64,000 bases of DNA, from NCBI GenBank assembly GCA_964626685.1, contig CAZVJY010000001.1, positions 7,683-71,682 on the forward strand, given 5' to 3'. A model generated the notes under the pieces. The model ran no database searches, was not told the origin of the DNA, and saw only the letters and a program-made list of their open reading frames with translations. The DNA is from an uncultured Flavobacteriaceae bacterium (GTDB lineage: Bacteria; Bacteroidota; Bacteroidia; NS11-12g; UBA955). Every line of letters starts with the position of its first letter. Positions within the stretch are counted from its first letter, which is position 1. The position numbers and the translations under genes were made by a program. Below, in pieces: positions 19,134 through 28,456 of this stretch.

Positions 19134-19658
19134 ACGTGTATGTATTTTAATGATGTACACAAATGAACATAGAAAAGATAATTGTGTTTGCCTTGTGCAG
19201 ATTTTTTTTGTATATTACGAACCATCTTCCACAATTATCAACACAAAAAAGAGCACAATAAATTCAGATAATCGAATCCGATAAGAGCATTATAATTGAC
19301 TTTCAATGACTTTTACCTCGGAAATAAAACCCAAAACAGGGCGGATGATTGTTTTTCAAAATGTGGATAACTATACTTGACAAAAAGTCGAATTTATCAT
19401 GTTCATGCATCAGAAAGTAGTGATAATGATATTTTTGAATTTCAGTAAAAAACAAAGAAAATGGCGATGTAAAAACCACCATTGCAATCACACAGGCACC
19501 TATTTTACTAAAAAAATTGATATGCTTTTAACAACACACACGACATAAAGCAATGAAAAGACCCTGTGCTACACATTCTGAAACTTGGCTCCAAGACGCT
19601 ATCAGCACCGGTTAAAACTAAAAACAAGGTTACGCGGATTAAAATATAAATTCGCAGC

Positions 19659-22600
19659 ATGGGGTTTAGCTGCCAAAATCAAGAGTGCTCAATGGCCATC
19701 GCAAAGGCCGTGTTCCCTTCGGAGATAAAAAATTGTCCTGTTTGCAGTCTGCCATTGTTCGATCCTACAGCCTTGAATGATGAAGAAATTCAATTAATAC
19801 GGGAATTGCCCTATGTCATTGCCTACCCCCTGAGACAAGCCCTGCAGGAAAAGCACGCATGGACAAAAATAAACCTGCTGAAGGATACATTTCTTAATTA
19901 TCTGAAATACACTGGCCTGATCACGGCTTCTGAATTTTTTAACAGCCAGTTTAAGGACAGAAATATGGTTGCTCTTTTTCACAAAACCATTGCAGAGCCC
20001 TCCTTTGGCTCTTGGAATGAGTTTATCAGAGAAACCATCAAGTACCTAAAAGAAGAACAACACACCTTTTTCGACACAGGAATTTTCAACCACTACGAAC
20101 GGGTTGAAACCGGCAAAAGAAGAAAATTATTCAATGGAGAAATTGAATACTCTGATATCAACGGCGATATTCAATTGAAGAGACAGGAGGCCACCGGCAT
20201 TGGAATGCTCATCAACTTCCGCAACAGATACCTGGGCCATGGGCTAACACTGAATGAAATTACATCTCAAAAAATCTGGCAAGAATACTATCCAATCTTT
20301 AAATACCTGCTAACAGACTTAATCCAATCAAAACCCTTTCCAATGTTCAAACATGAGCACGGAGAAACATACCTGCTAAAGTCAGCTGAAATTCACATTG
20401 TGGAGAAAGGACAGCAACAATCCGCAAGGGTATGGATTGAAAACCAAAATAATGAACAGTTTGATATTCTGCCTTTTTATATCGTCCCAGGCGAAGTGTC
20501 TGTTTCTAAAGAAGACAAGGAACAAATATTCATTTACGAATCCCACACCGGTAAAACCATCAAATTTTTCAGCCCGGAAGGCACCGAAAAACAGACCTCA
20601 GGCAAGGTGCTGGAAAGGCTTAACCTGCTACTCAGGGAAAAACGGAATGAAACAAGCTATTCTTCCGGAGAATTTGACAGGAACACCTTTATCAATCGTA
20701 TTGCAGCCGAAAACAAGCTGGTTATTGAAACCCTCATCAATGAAAAGAAAGTACTTCCGGAGGTTTACGTAAATCGCAAAGACCTGGAGGCAAAACTCCA
20801 TGAATGGATTGGTGCCCAAGCAAGCATCTTTTTTATAGCGGCAGAGGCTGGTAGCGGAAAAACCAATCTGCTTGCTGAAATCCAACGGCAATACAACAAA
20901 CTTGACCTGCCCTGCCTGCTAATCAGGGCTGGCAGAATGGAAAAACAAACACTGACCGAGCAAATAGCCTTTGTTTTAAACATCAACCCAACGACCGGAC
21001 TGGAAGAATATCAGGCTATAGCCGGCAGCCAGGACAAACCCACTGTTGTTTTGATTGATGGACTCAATGAGGCAATTAATGCAGAAGAAGTGTGGGAGGA
21101 AATCCTTGCTATAAGCAAAATTTTTAATGGCGGGACTTTAAAATTTGTAGTCACCAGCCGGGCCAATACAGGGGCCGATATTCATCGTTTTAAATTAAAT
21201 GAAAGTGACCAGGAATTGCTGTTTGGCGATAATCCGGAAGGGGAAACCGGCCTTCATGCCTACATCAATTGGTTAACCGCCATGAACATGGTTGAATTGC
21301 AAGAAGCCTGGAATATTTACACCAAGAAAAACAAAAACAAATTCAACCCACGATTTACCTTTTCGGATATTGCAGATTTTGACCGTTCCATTTACAATCA
21401 AATCAACAACCCTCTGGTATTGAGGCTTTTCCTTGAAACCTACCATCAAAAAACGCTGCCAAAAAACAGCAACAAATACCTCAACATCTGGCGTGACTGG
21501 CTTGAATCCTTTTCTGCAAAAGAACGTGTATTCATGGAGCTGCTGGTAGAAGCTGTATGGGAAAAAGGAGAAAATGAACTGTTACTGGACGATTTGATCA
21601 ATTCGGATAGGCTGAAACCTTACTTTAACTCAGATGTTCAAAATGATCCATATCCCCGTCTAAAAAATCTGGGATGGCTGAGCCGTTACACCAAAGACTT
21701 GCACGGCTATGTTTCATTCACAGTTGAAGGTGCGTTGCTTTACATGCTGGGCGAGTTCCTTCGAAAACAGAAACCTGCCATAACTCTTAATAGTGCGCTG
21801 ACCTTACTGAGTAAAGGAACAAAACTTAAACGGTTTGCATTGGAAGCCATGCTTTGCGAACAGGCTTTGGATGACAATTTTACCCTAACAACGGAACTCA
21901 TTGATGCCGGCAACAATCATCTGGAAGTTTGCATTAAACCTTCACTGCTTTACTTAAAAACCTTCGGGGTGTCAAAAACCCTGAATAAATTACTGCAGCA
22001 AGGAACAGCAAACGACTGGAAAGTAATGCTTGAAATAGACAGCAACCTCTCAAAATTGCGGCTGCATACCTTGCGGAAAGAATTCCTCACTGAATTAATG
22101 AAGCAAAATGAATTCAGGCATATAGAATCTGTATGGCTCGGGTTAATTGCAATCATCACCTATTTTGACAAAAAACAGGCTGTTCAATACCTAGCCGAAA
22201 TTCACAAATCACAAGCCCTTATTGAAAGCGATCACAACCTGTTAAGTTTACTTGGAAAGTGTGTTGCAAAATATGGCAAATACGACCAGGCACTTGTATT
22301 TTATCACAAAAGTCTGGACATCAAAATGAAACTCCTGGGCGAAAACGACCCCTCGGTATCTGGATTGCTGAATAATATTGCCTTAGCACTTGTAAAAAAA
22401 GAAGAACTGGACAAAGCCTTGGAATTCTATCAGAAAAGCGTTGATTTAAAGTTAAAACGACTTGGAGGAATGCATCCTTCTCTGTCTGCTTCCTACAGCA
22501 ACATTGGTGCGGTGTGGCGAAAAAAAGGAGAATATGAGAAAGCCCTTTCCTATTACGAAAAGAGCATTTATATTAAGTTAAAAGTACTTGGCGAAGACAA

Positions 22601-23177
22601 CAATTCATTGGCACCCGTATACAATAATGTGGGTTTTTTATGGGCCGACCAAGGAAAATACGACCTGGCACTTGAATGGTACTCAAAAAGCCTGAAAATT
22701 AAAATAAAGAACTTTGGTACAGACCATTTTTCACTTGCCTCATCCTACAGAAACATAGGCTCTGCATGGCGAAAAAAAGGAGAGTATGACAAAGCTGTAG
22801 AATTTTACGAAAAGAGCCTTGACCTTAAAAAGAAATTCCTTGGCAACGACCATACAGATGTAGCAGATATCTTGTATTCTCTCGGAGATTGTTATCAGGC
22901 AACAAACCAGCATCCAAAAGCGATTGACCATTTTTCGGAAGCTTTTGAATTGCAAAAAAAGGGAAAACACCTATTGCGTATTGGAGAATGCCATGAATCA
23001 CTAAAAAATGCAAAAGAAGCGCTCAAATTTTATATTCTGGCAGCAGAGACATTTAAGAATGATCAGGAATTTACAATCAGTCACAATCTGACGCGAAGTT
23101 CAATTGAGAAAGCCATGCAGCTGTCCAAAGAACTGCAAAGTGAAAATGAATTGCCTGTTTGGATGCTCCAAAATTGA
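19659..23177 (+). CDS. STAND NTPase: N-terminal zinc ribbon plus unknown domain, a NACHT-type P-loop NTPase, and C-terminal TPR repeats
   Basis: CQNQEC...CPVC zinc ribbon. Walker A AAEAGSGKTNLL and the NACHT-type Walker B VVLIDGLNEA. The C-terminal ~350 aa are kinesin-light-chain-like TPR repeats (ALVFYHKSLDIKMKLLG, ALEFYQKSVDLKLKRLG, ALSYYEKSIYIKLKVLG, ALEWYSKSLKIKIKNFG, AVEFYEKSLDLKKKFLG). The gene is AT-rich. Confidence 0.75.
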   Translation: MGFSCQNQECSMAIAKAVFPSEIKNCPVCSLPLFDPTALNDEEIQLIRELPYVIAYPLRQALQEKHAWTKINLLKDTFLNYLKYTGLITASEFFNSQFKDRNMVALFHKTIAEPSFGSWNEFIRETIKYLKEEQHTFFDTGIFNHYERVETGKRRKLFNGEIEYSDINGDIQLKRQEATGIGMLINFRNRYLGHGLTLNEITSQKIWQEYYPIFKYLLTDLIQSKPFPMFKHEHGETYLLKSAEIHIVEKGQQQSARVWIENQNNEQFDILPFYIVPGEVSVSKEDKEQIFIYESHTGKTIKFFSPEGTEKQTSGKVLERLNLLLREKRNETSYSSGEFDRNTFINRIAAENKLVIETLINEKKVLPEVYVNRKDLEAKLHEWIGAQASIFFIAAEAGSGKTNLLAEIQRQYNKLDLPCLLIRAGRMEKQTLTEQIAFVLNINPTTGLEEYQAIAGSQDKPTVVLIDGLNEAINAEEVWEEILAISKIFNGGTLKFVVTSRANTGADIHRFKLNESDQELLFGDNPEGETGLHAYINWLTAMNMVELQEAWNIYTKKNKNKFNPRFTFSDIADFDRSIYNQINNPLVLRLFLETYHQKTLPKNSNKYLNIWRDWLESFSAKERVFMELLVEAVWEKGENELLLDDLINSDRLKPYFNSDVQNDPYPRLKNLGWLSRYTKDLHGYVSFTVEGALLYMLGEFLRKQKPAITLNSALTLLSKGTKLKRFALEAMLCEQALDDNFTLTTELIDAGNNHLEVCIKPSLLYLKTFGVSKTLNKLLQQGTANDWKVMLEIDSNLSKLRLHTLRKEFLTELMKQNEFRHIESVWLGLIAIITYFDKKQAVQYLAEIHKSQALIESDHNLLSLLGKCVAKYGKYDQALVFYHKSLDIKMKLLGENDPSVSGLLNNIALALVKKEELDKALEFYQKSVDLKLKRLGGMHPSLSASYSNIGAVWRKKGEYEKALSYYEKSIYIKLKVLGEDNNSLAPVYNNVGFLWADQGKYDLALEWYSKSLKIKIKNFGTDHFSLASSYRNIGSAWRKKGEYDKAVEFYEKSLDLKKKFLGNDHTDVADILYSLGDCYQATNQHPKAIDHFSEAFELQKKGKHLLRIGECHESLKNAKEALKFYILAAETFKNDQEFTISHNLTRSSIEKAMQLSKELQSENELPVWMLQN

Positions 23178-23402
23178 TTTTGTTCTCATCGGTGGATTTC
23201 AATAACATCTGAATCTTTCAAAAAATTGCCTTTTCTTTTTATACCACACTTTGAAAGAAAAGCATGTACATAATCAAAAGTGATAGATACAAATTGGTTT
23301 CTTACTGGCTCTGTCAATGTAATTCCAGGTAACCACTTTGTTTAGGGTAATTCAAAACCGATAACTGATTCCTTTTGCAACTTTCAAAGCCATAGATTAT
23401 CA

Positions 23403-24254
23403 TTGAACGTTTTTAAAATGAATACGCTTTCCAAAAATTTTTGCCATCCAATTTACTTTCGCATTTGCACGCTTGTAGCCCTCATAACAGTAAACATAAA
23501 CCTTAATGCACAAATCCTAAATATTGACAGTGAACTGCAGGATTCCCTGACCAAAACGCGCTATTTGCTCCTTTCAGGATCTTTCAGCCACGACAAGCAA
23601 AAGAGAAGTATAAATGATGCTGAATGTTACGTGGAGATGCTGCAAAAAGCCAAAAACCGCTATGCAGGTGTTTTTGTAGGGCAGCTAAATACAGTGTTAT
23701 CCGGCAGGGAGATTGTGCAGAATGAAGGCTTTTTCCAATTGCGATACCGTGATCTGGATACGCGAAAAACCAGCATGGAAGCGTATCTTCAGTATCAGTG
23801 GAATGGCTTATGGGGCATGCAGGAGCGCAAACTGGCAGGCATGAATGTGCGGCAGAAGGTGCTTGACAAAAAAAGCGGCGATTTTTACGTGGGGCTAGGC
23901 GGATTTTATGAAATGGAAACATGGAATTACAAAGGCGTTGAGGACACAAGTAAATACAAGCCGGGCACACCACCGGTTCAGCAAAACAGGCTGCGGGCGA
24001 ATAGCTATATAAAAGTTGCCAAGAAGCTATTCCGCAACTGTGATGTAATCGCAGAGTCATTCATACAGGCCAATGCGTTTTCACTGGCCAATAACCCTTC
24101 GGTGCGCTGGTTTTTACTGGGTCGAATCAATTACAACCTGACCGAAAAATTACAGCTATCAGTTAATTATGACCACATATATAACCAAAGCCCGCCGGTT
24201 CCGGTAAAAAAACTATACGCAGGATATGCGTTTAGATTCAACGTGAAACTATAA
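23403..24254 (+). CDS. Hypothetical outer-membrane beta-barrel-like protein with a signal peptide
   Basis: An N-terminal signal (LVALITVNINLNAQ), alternating amphipathic strands, and a C-terminal YAFRFNVKL ending in an aromatic-rich last strand. Confidence 0.4.
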   Translation: MNVFKMNTLSKNFCHPIYFRICTLVALITVNINLNAQILNIDSELQDSLTKTRYLLLSGSFSHDKQKRSINDAECYVEMLQKAKNRYAGVFVGQLNTVLSGREIVQNEGFFQLRYRDLDTRKTSMEAYLQYQWNGLWGMQERKLAGMNVRQKVLDKKSGDFYVGLGGFYEMETWNYKGVEDTSKYKPGTPPVQQNRLRANSYIKVAKKLFRNCDVIAESFIQANAFSLANNPSVRWFLLGRINYNLTEKLQLSVNYDHIYNQSPPVPVKKLYAGYAFRFNVKL

Positions 24255-24258
24255 CTTT

Positions 24259-24555
24259 ATGAAGCAATTACTTACGCTGACCATTCTGTTTTACCGGTGG
24301 GCCATTAAACCATTTTACAAACGCACTTGCCTTTTTTGTGTCAGTTGTTCACAGGAAGTCCTCAACGAAGCCAGACAGAATGGCTTCCGAGCAGGAATTA
24401 ACACGCTGAATACAAGGTTGAAGTACTGCAGGCCGGGTTTTCTTTGGGGTAAAAATCCAGTAACAGGCAAACAAAGACTTATCTTCCCGGATGGAAAATA
24501 CCTGGAAGAGAAAGAAATATCATTTGAAATCCTCAACCTCATACAAAACCCATAA
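24259..24555 (+). CDS. yidD: YidD-like membrane protein insertion efficiency factor (haemolytic domain, PF01809-like) with a ~25-aa C-terminal extension
   Basis: ILFYRWAIKPFYKRTCLFCVSCSQEVLNEARQNGFRAGINTLNTRLKYC matches the YidD pattern Y-x3-I-x-P-x5-C-x-F-x2-[ST]-C-S...G...KC. Confidence 0.6.
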   Translation: MKQLLTLTILFYRWAIKPFYKRTCLFCVSCSQEVLNEARQNGFRAGINTLNTRLKYCRPGFLWGKNPVTGKQRLIFPDGKYLEEKEISFEILNLIQNP

Positions 24556-24585
24556 TCACCCTTATCATAAAACCATTTATTTAAT

Positions 24586-27500
24586 ATGAAAATTCCTTTT
24601 TCATTACCCGGAAGTTTTGAGAAAACCATACATGAGCTGGCCAGAACCAGAGAAAAAGCAGCCAAACAAAAATACCTGCTGGATCTGGGCGAAAGCCTGG
24701 TAATGCACCTATGTTCCTTTATACTTGGAGAATACAAGGAAAGCAAGCTTGTATCTATAGAACTGGAAAAATCGTTTTTAAAGAATAATAAAAATATTAG
24801 CTTCGGCATTTATCTTGGATGGCTGAGGGAATCCTCAAAATTTTTATACAAATCCAATACCCCATCCCGCATCCACAGTCTCATTCATGGAAGTAACGAA
24901 TGGAGCGAAGTATGGAAATTCATCAAAGGTTTTGAAGCGCTAAAATCGCAGATTGACAAAGGTGCTTCTGAAGGATTTGAAACCATGGTTCAGGACGCTC
25001 TTCGCAACAACCCATCCAAGGTGAACATTATTCAGTTTTTTGACACTTTTATACAATTGCGGAACCGGGTTGCCCATCCCCATAAAGAAGTGAACGGAAT
25101 CAACATTAGCTGGCCATTTTCCGAAGATTATTTCGACACACTGAACCCCCTGCTTGAAGGGGCACTGCAAAGAACCATGCAGGAACTTAATCAGATTTGG
25201 GAATACAGAAAATACACCATTGAAAGCAATGAGGATGGCATTCTCCTGCTGTTGAACGAAGACTCCGGAGAATTTGAAGAATTTGCGGTAAAAACAGACA
25301 TCACCGATGGCATAAAAGTATTTGCCAATGCCGAAAACAATATTCTTATCTCTGACTGGAAAGTTTTACTGAAAGCCGGAGACAAGGCATTGGAAGAAAT
25401 ACGAAAAGAGGAAGAAACACTTCGAAACAAAGCCAGCATTGAAGAACTGAAAGAATCTATCAAAGCTGCATTGGATGACGGCCAAATCAGCCTGGAAGAA
25501 TTTAACTTTTTTGAATCGCTGGGTAAAACCAAACTGGGGCTGAACAGGCAAGACCTCAAAAATCTCATTATGGAGGTTGCTTCGTCCATGCAGATTGAAG
25601 ATCCATTTCCTGAAGTAGACAAGCGATTTGTTGCCGCAATTGATGAAGCCATCCGAAACAAAACCTACAACGACTTTATTCTAAAACTTACAGGACAACA
25701 GTATGGGGTGGATGCCGAACAGTTCGAAAAGGTTTTTGCGGAGAGAGCAGCTGCGCTGGGTGCAGATCCGGAAGACGTGAAAAAAAACAGAATCCTTCAG
25801 TTCAGCCATGATGAACTTAAAACCTTTCAGGGCCTGCTCATGGCATGGCAGTGGCTGGGGAATATTTATTTGTTCAACAAAAACAACACTGAGAGCCAGT
25901 ATAAAATTACCGGCGACTCTCATGAATATGGCACAAAAGAATACTGGCACAGGAATGCGTTTCAGGCAGTAGATCAATTTGTGCAATCAAGGCTTGCAAA
26001 AATCGCATTAACAGATGACACCATATGGGACACAAAGCAAAACAACTGGCAAATAGGGGTAATGACAAGTTATGCATGGTGCTCTGCCTTTCCCAAGGAT
26101 GCAGTTTCCCTGAGAATTCTGTCATTGCACTTCAGTCTGTATGCAGACAGATGCGCCGCAATTGGTTTTCTGCCTGACTGGAAAGATTACAAACTGCTGG
26201 AAAAGTATGGATTAATGCTGGATGTGTTTTGCAGACACCTAAAAGATTTTACAGTTGAGTATGAAAATGAGCTAAGGAAATACAACAACCTTTTTCTATG
26301 GGATGGCGTGAACAACAAGCCCCTACATTCCTTTAGTGAGATGATGCGGTCTAATGAATGGTATTTTCAGCATATGTATAACTTTGACCAGATTCAGTTC
26401 TATTATTCAGGAAAAGAAATAGAATCCAATCCGGCAATACTGCTGGAAGGATTTGACATTGTTTTCAACCTGTTTGGCGGATTGTTTGAAAGAGTAAATC
26501 GGGATTATTTAAACCTGTTAAATGACACAACCGAAATAGAAACCAAAAAAGAAACAGTAGTTAAAAAACTGCAAGGACTTATCGCCACCCTCGCTAATTT
26601 TGGATTAACAACAACGGAGGGAGCTATTGCTACCAGCAACCCCGATGAAGTCATCATTCCGGAGGACAATTCCGAGCACGGCACCCATGGCCTAAAAGGC
26701 AACAGCCAACTGGGTTATTACGCTATTGAATTTAAAGAAAAAATCAAAGGATATCCGGTCTTGCTTGTCTTCCAGTTCAGGCAAAATTATATATCAGGGA
26801 AACTAAACTTCAACACCATTATTTCGGTTGCCGGCGATTCGGAAAACACCATTCATGTGCCGGCTGCACATGTATTGGAGAAATTAACAGAACATGCTTT
26901 TACAGGTTGTAAAGCGCACCAATACAAAGGCAAATTTGTTTTAAACTGCGAAGTAGAGGATATCATTGATTTTGATCCAAACCCCATTGTATTGGTTTTT
27001 ATGGAAAAATTCACAGCATTGCTTGCGGAATATAAACTCGATGTTCTGGGTATCAGCATTCACGACCCTCTTTTTGAGAAAGAAAAAGAGCAAATCAATG
27101 AAAAGCTGAATGCACTGCAAGTAAATATAGCTCCTCATTTTTCAAACCAGATATATCAGGAAAGAAACATCATGAAGGGTAAACGTTACATTGATTACGT
27201 TTACTCAAATAAAAAAGTAACACATTACCTGGGATGGGGCAATGAGCTTACACAAAATGGCCTTAAGGACATATTGATTTTCCACGTAAAAGACACCATT
27301 AAGGGAGCTCATTTGGTGCAGCTGATGCAGGATTTTGCAAAAGACCGACCGGAATGGGAATATCGTGAAACCGATAGCGCAGAAAGAGAAGAGGCAATAT
27401 GGCTGGGTGAATGTATGCGTGAACAGGAATTGACGGCATCCTCGGAATACAATCGCAATTATGCTGCCAGGCATGCCGTTATTGATAACCCTAAAAACTA

Positions 27501-27933
27501 CTGGTGTGCCAAAGTGAAAGACAACAAACAGTGGTTTCAGGTAAAACTGCGTGAAATTGCTGAAATAACTGCCATCAAGCTGCAGGGATCTCCAAATCAA
27601 AACGCATTCATTCAGCAATTTGACCTGATGCATTCCATCAATGGAAAAGAATGGAAAACCCTCCACGCCATAAGTGGATTAGACCCCTCAAATACCGAAA
27701 AGGAAATTGTTCTTGAAAAGCCGGTTAAAGCCGTTTTCATAAGAATTATACCGACAGTGTTCAGTGGCTATCCAGCCTTAAGAATAGATGTAAAAAAGCG
27801 TAACCTCACAGCTGGAGCTGCCGAATTGTGCTATCGATGCCAGAGGAACGCAGTCGAAGACAATTCTATGCCCAACATTGAAAAGCAAATTGAGGTGTTT
27901 TTGCCATTGTTCAGAAACCATATTGGCTTTTAA
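24586..27933 (+). CDS. Large multidomain protein: N-terminal HEPN-like region (Rx4H motif), central coiled-coil, and a C-terminal F5/8 type C (discoidin) domain
   Basis: FIQLRNRVAHPHKEV carries the R-N-x3-H motif of HEPN and Abi_2-type domains. The C-terminus WFQVKLREIAEITAIKLQGSPNQNAFIQQFDLMHSINGKEWKTL...VFIRIIP is typical of discoidin domains. No signal peptide. Confidence 0.55.
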   Translation: MKIPFSLPGSFEKTIHELARTREKAAKQKYLLDLGESLVMHLCSFILGEYKESKLVSIELEKSFLKNNKNISFGIYLGWLRESSKFLYKSNTPSRIHSLIHGSNEWSEVWKFIKGFEALKSQIDKGASEGFETMVQDALRNNPSKVNIIQFFDTFIQLRNRVAHPHKEVNGINISWPFSEDYFDTLNPLLEGALQRTMQELNQIWEYRKYTIESNEDGILLLLNEDSGEFEEFAVKTDITDGIKVFANAENNILISDWKVLLKAGDKALEEIRKEEETLRNKASIEELKESIKAALDDGQISLEEFNFFESLGKTKLGLNRQDLKNLIMEVASSMQIEDPFPEVDKRFVAAIDEAIRNKTYNDFILKLTGQQYGVDAEQFEKVFAERAAALGADPEDVKKNRILQFSHDELKTFQGLLMAWQWLGNIYLFNKNNTESQYKITGDSHEYGTKEYWHRNAFQAVDQFVQSRLAKIALTDDTIWDTKQNNWQIGVMTSYAWCSAFPKDAVSLRILSLHFSLYADRCAAIGFLPDWKDYKLLEKYGLMLDVFCRHLKDFTVEYENELRKYNNLFLWDGVNNKPLHSFSEMMRSNEWYFQHMYNFDQIQFYYSGKEIESNPAILLEGFDIVFNLFGGLFERVNRDYLNLLNDTTEIETKKETVVKKLQGLIATLANFGLTTTEGAIATSNPDEVIIPEDNSEHGTHGLKGNSQLGYYAIEFKEKIKGYPVLLVFQFRQNYISGKLNFNTIISVAGDSENTIHVPAAHVLEKLTEHAFTGCKAHQYKGKFVLNCEVEDIIDFDPNPIVLVFMEKFTALLAEYKLDVLGISIHDPLFEKEKEQINEKLNALQVNIAPHFSNQIYQERNIMKGKRYIDYVYSNKKVTHYLGWGNELTQNGLKDILIFHVKDTIKGAHLVQLMQDFAKDRPEWEYRETDSAEREEAIWLGECMREQELTASSEYNRNYAARHAVIDNPKNYWCAKVKDNKQWFQVKLREIAEITAIKLQGSPNQNAFIQQFDLMHSINGKEWKTLHAISGLDPSNTEKEIVLEKPVKAVFIRIIPTVFSGYPALRIDVKKRNLTAGAAELCYRCQRNAVEDNSMPNIEKQIEVFLPLFRNHIGF

Positions 27934-27970
27934 TCCCACTTAAGGATTCCATAAAGGGCTGAACAACCCT

Positions 27971-28456
27971 TTATCTTTTTTTCAATAGAATATATTGATC
28001 CCAGAAAGCCACTGCCCTGCTTAACTCTTCCGGCTCCATACCATTGTGGGGAAAGGCAGGTGCATAACCACCGGGAAACACCGTTATTAAAGTGCAAACA
28101 TCGTTATCTCTGCTACAAATGACGGTAACCAGTGATGTGGAAGGAAGTTCTTCCGCTTCTGCGTACTCCACAAAAAGTCCGTTTCGGTTCTCCTTAACTA
28201 TTTTTTGGTCAGCATATTCAGCTTTAAAACCCAAACCTAGACTACCACATGCCCCAATATCTGACAAATTATAGGTATGTGCCTCCCTTCCGGCAGCCTG
28301 CAGAATAATATCATGCGGATTCCTTTTCTCAAGGGTAAAGAGCAAATCATCTACCGCAGGAAAAACCTCCGGATAAAAACAACTTCCTGCTTTTTCCTGT
28401 TTTCCGAAATGGATGGCGATGTGCTGCCTGGTTTCAGAGCTCAGCAAATACTTCAT
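27971..28456 (-). CDS. Hypothetical protein, 161 aa
   Basis: Complete ORF. Its start overlaps the stop of the upstream 465-aa ORF by 4 bp (translational coupling). No motif recognised. Confidence 0.4.
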   Translation of the reverse strand: MKYLLSSETRQHIAIHFGKQEKAGSCFYPEVFPAVDDLLFTLEKRNPHDIILQAAGREAHTYNLSDIGACGSLGLGFKAEYADQKIVKENRNGLFVEYAEAEELPSTSLVTVICSRDNDVCTLITVFPGGYAPAFPHNGMEPEELSRAVAFWDQYILLKKR

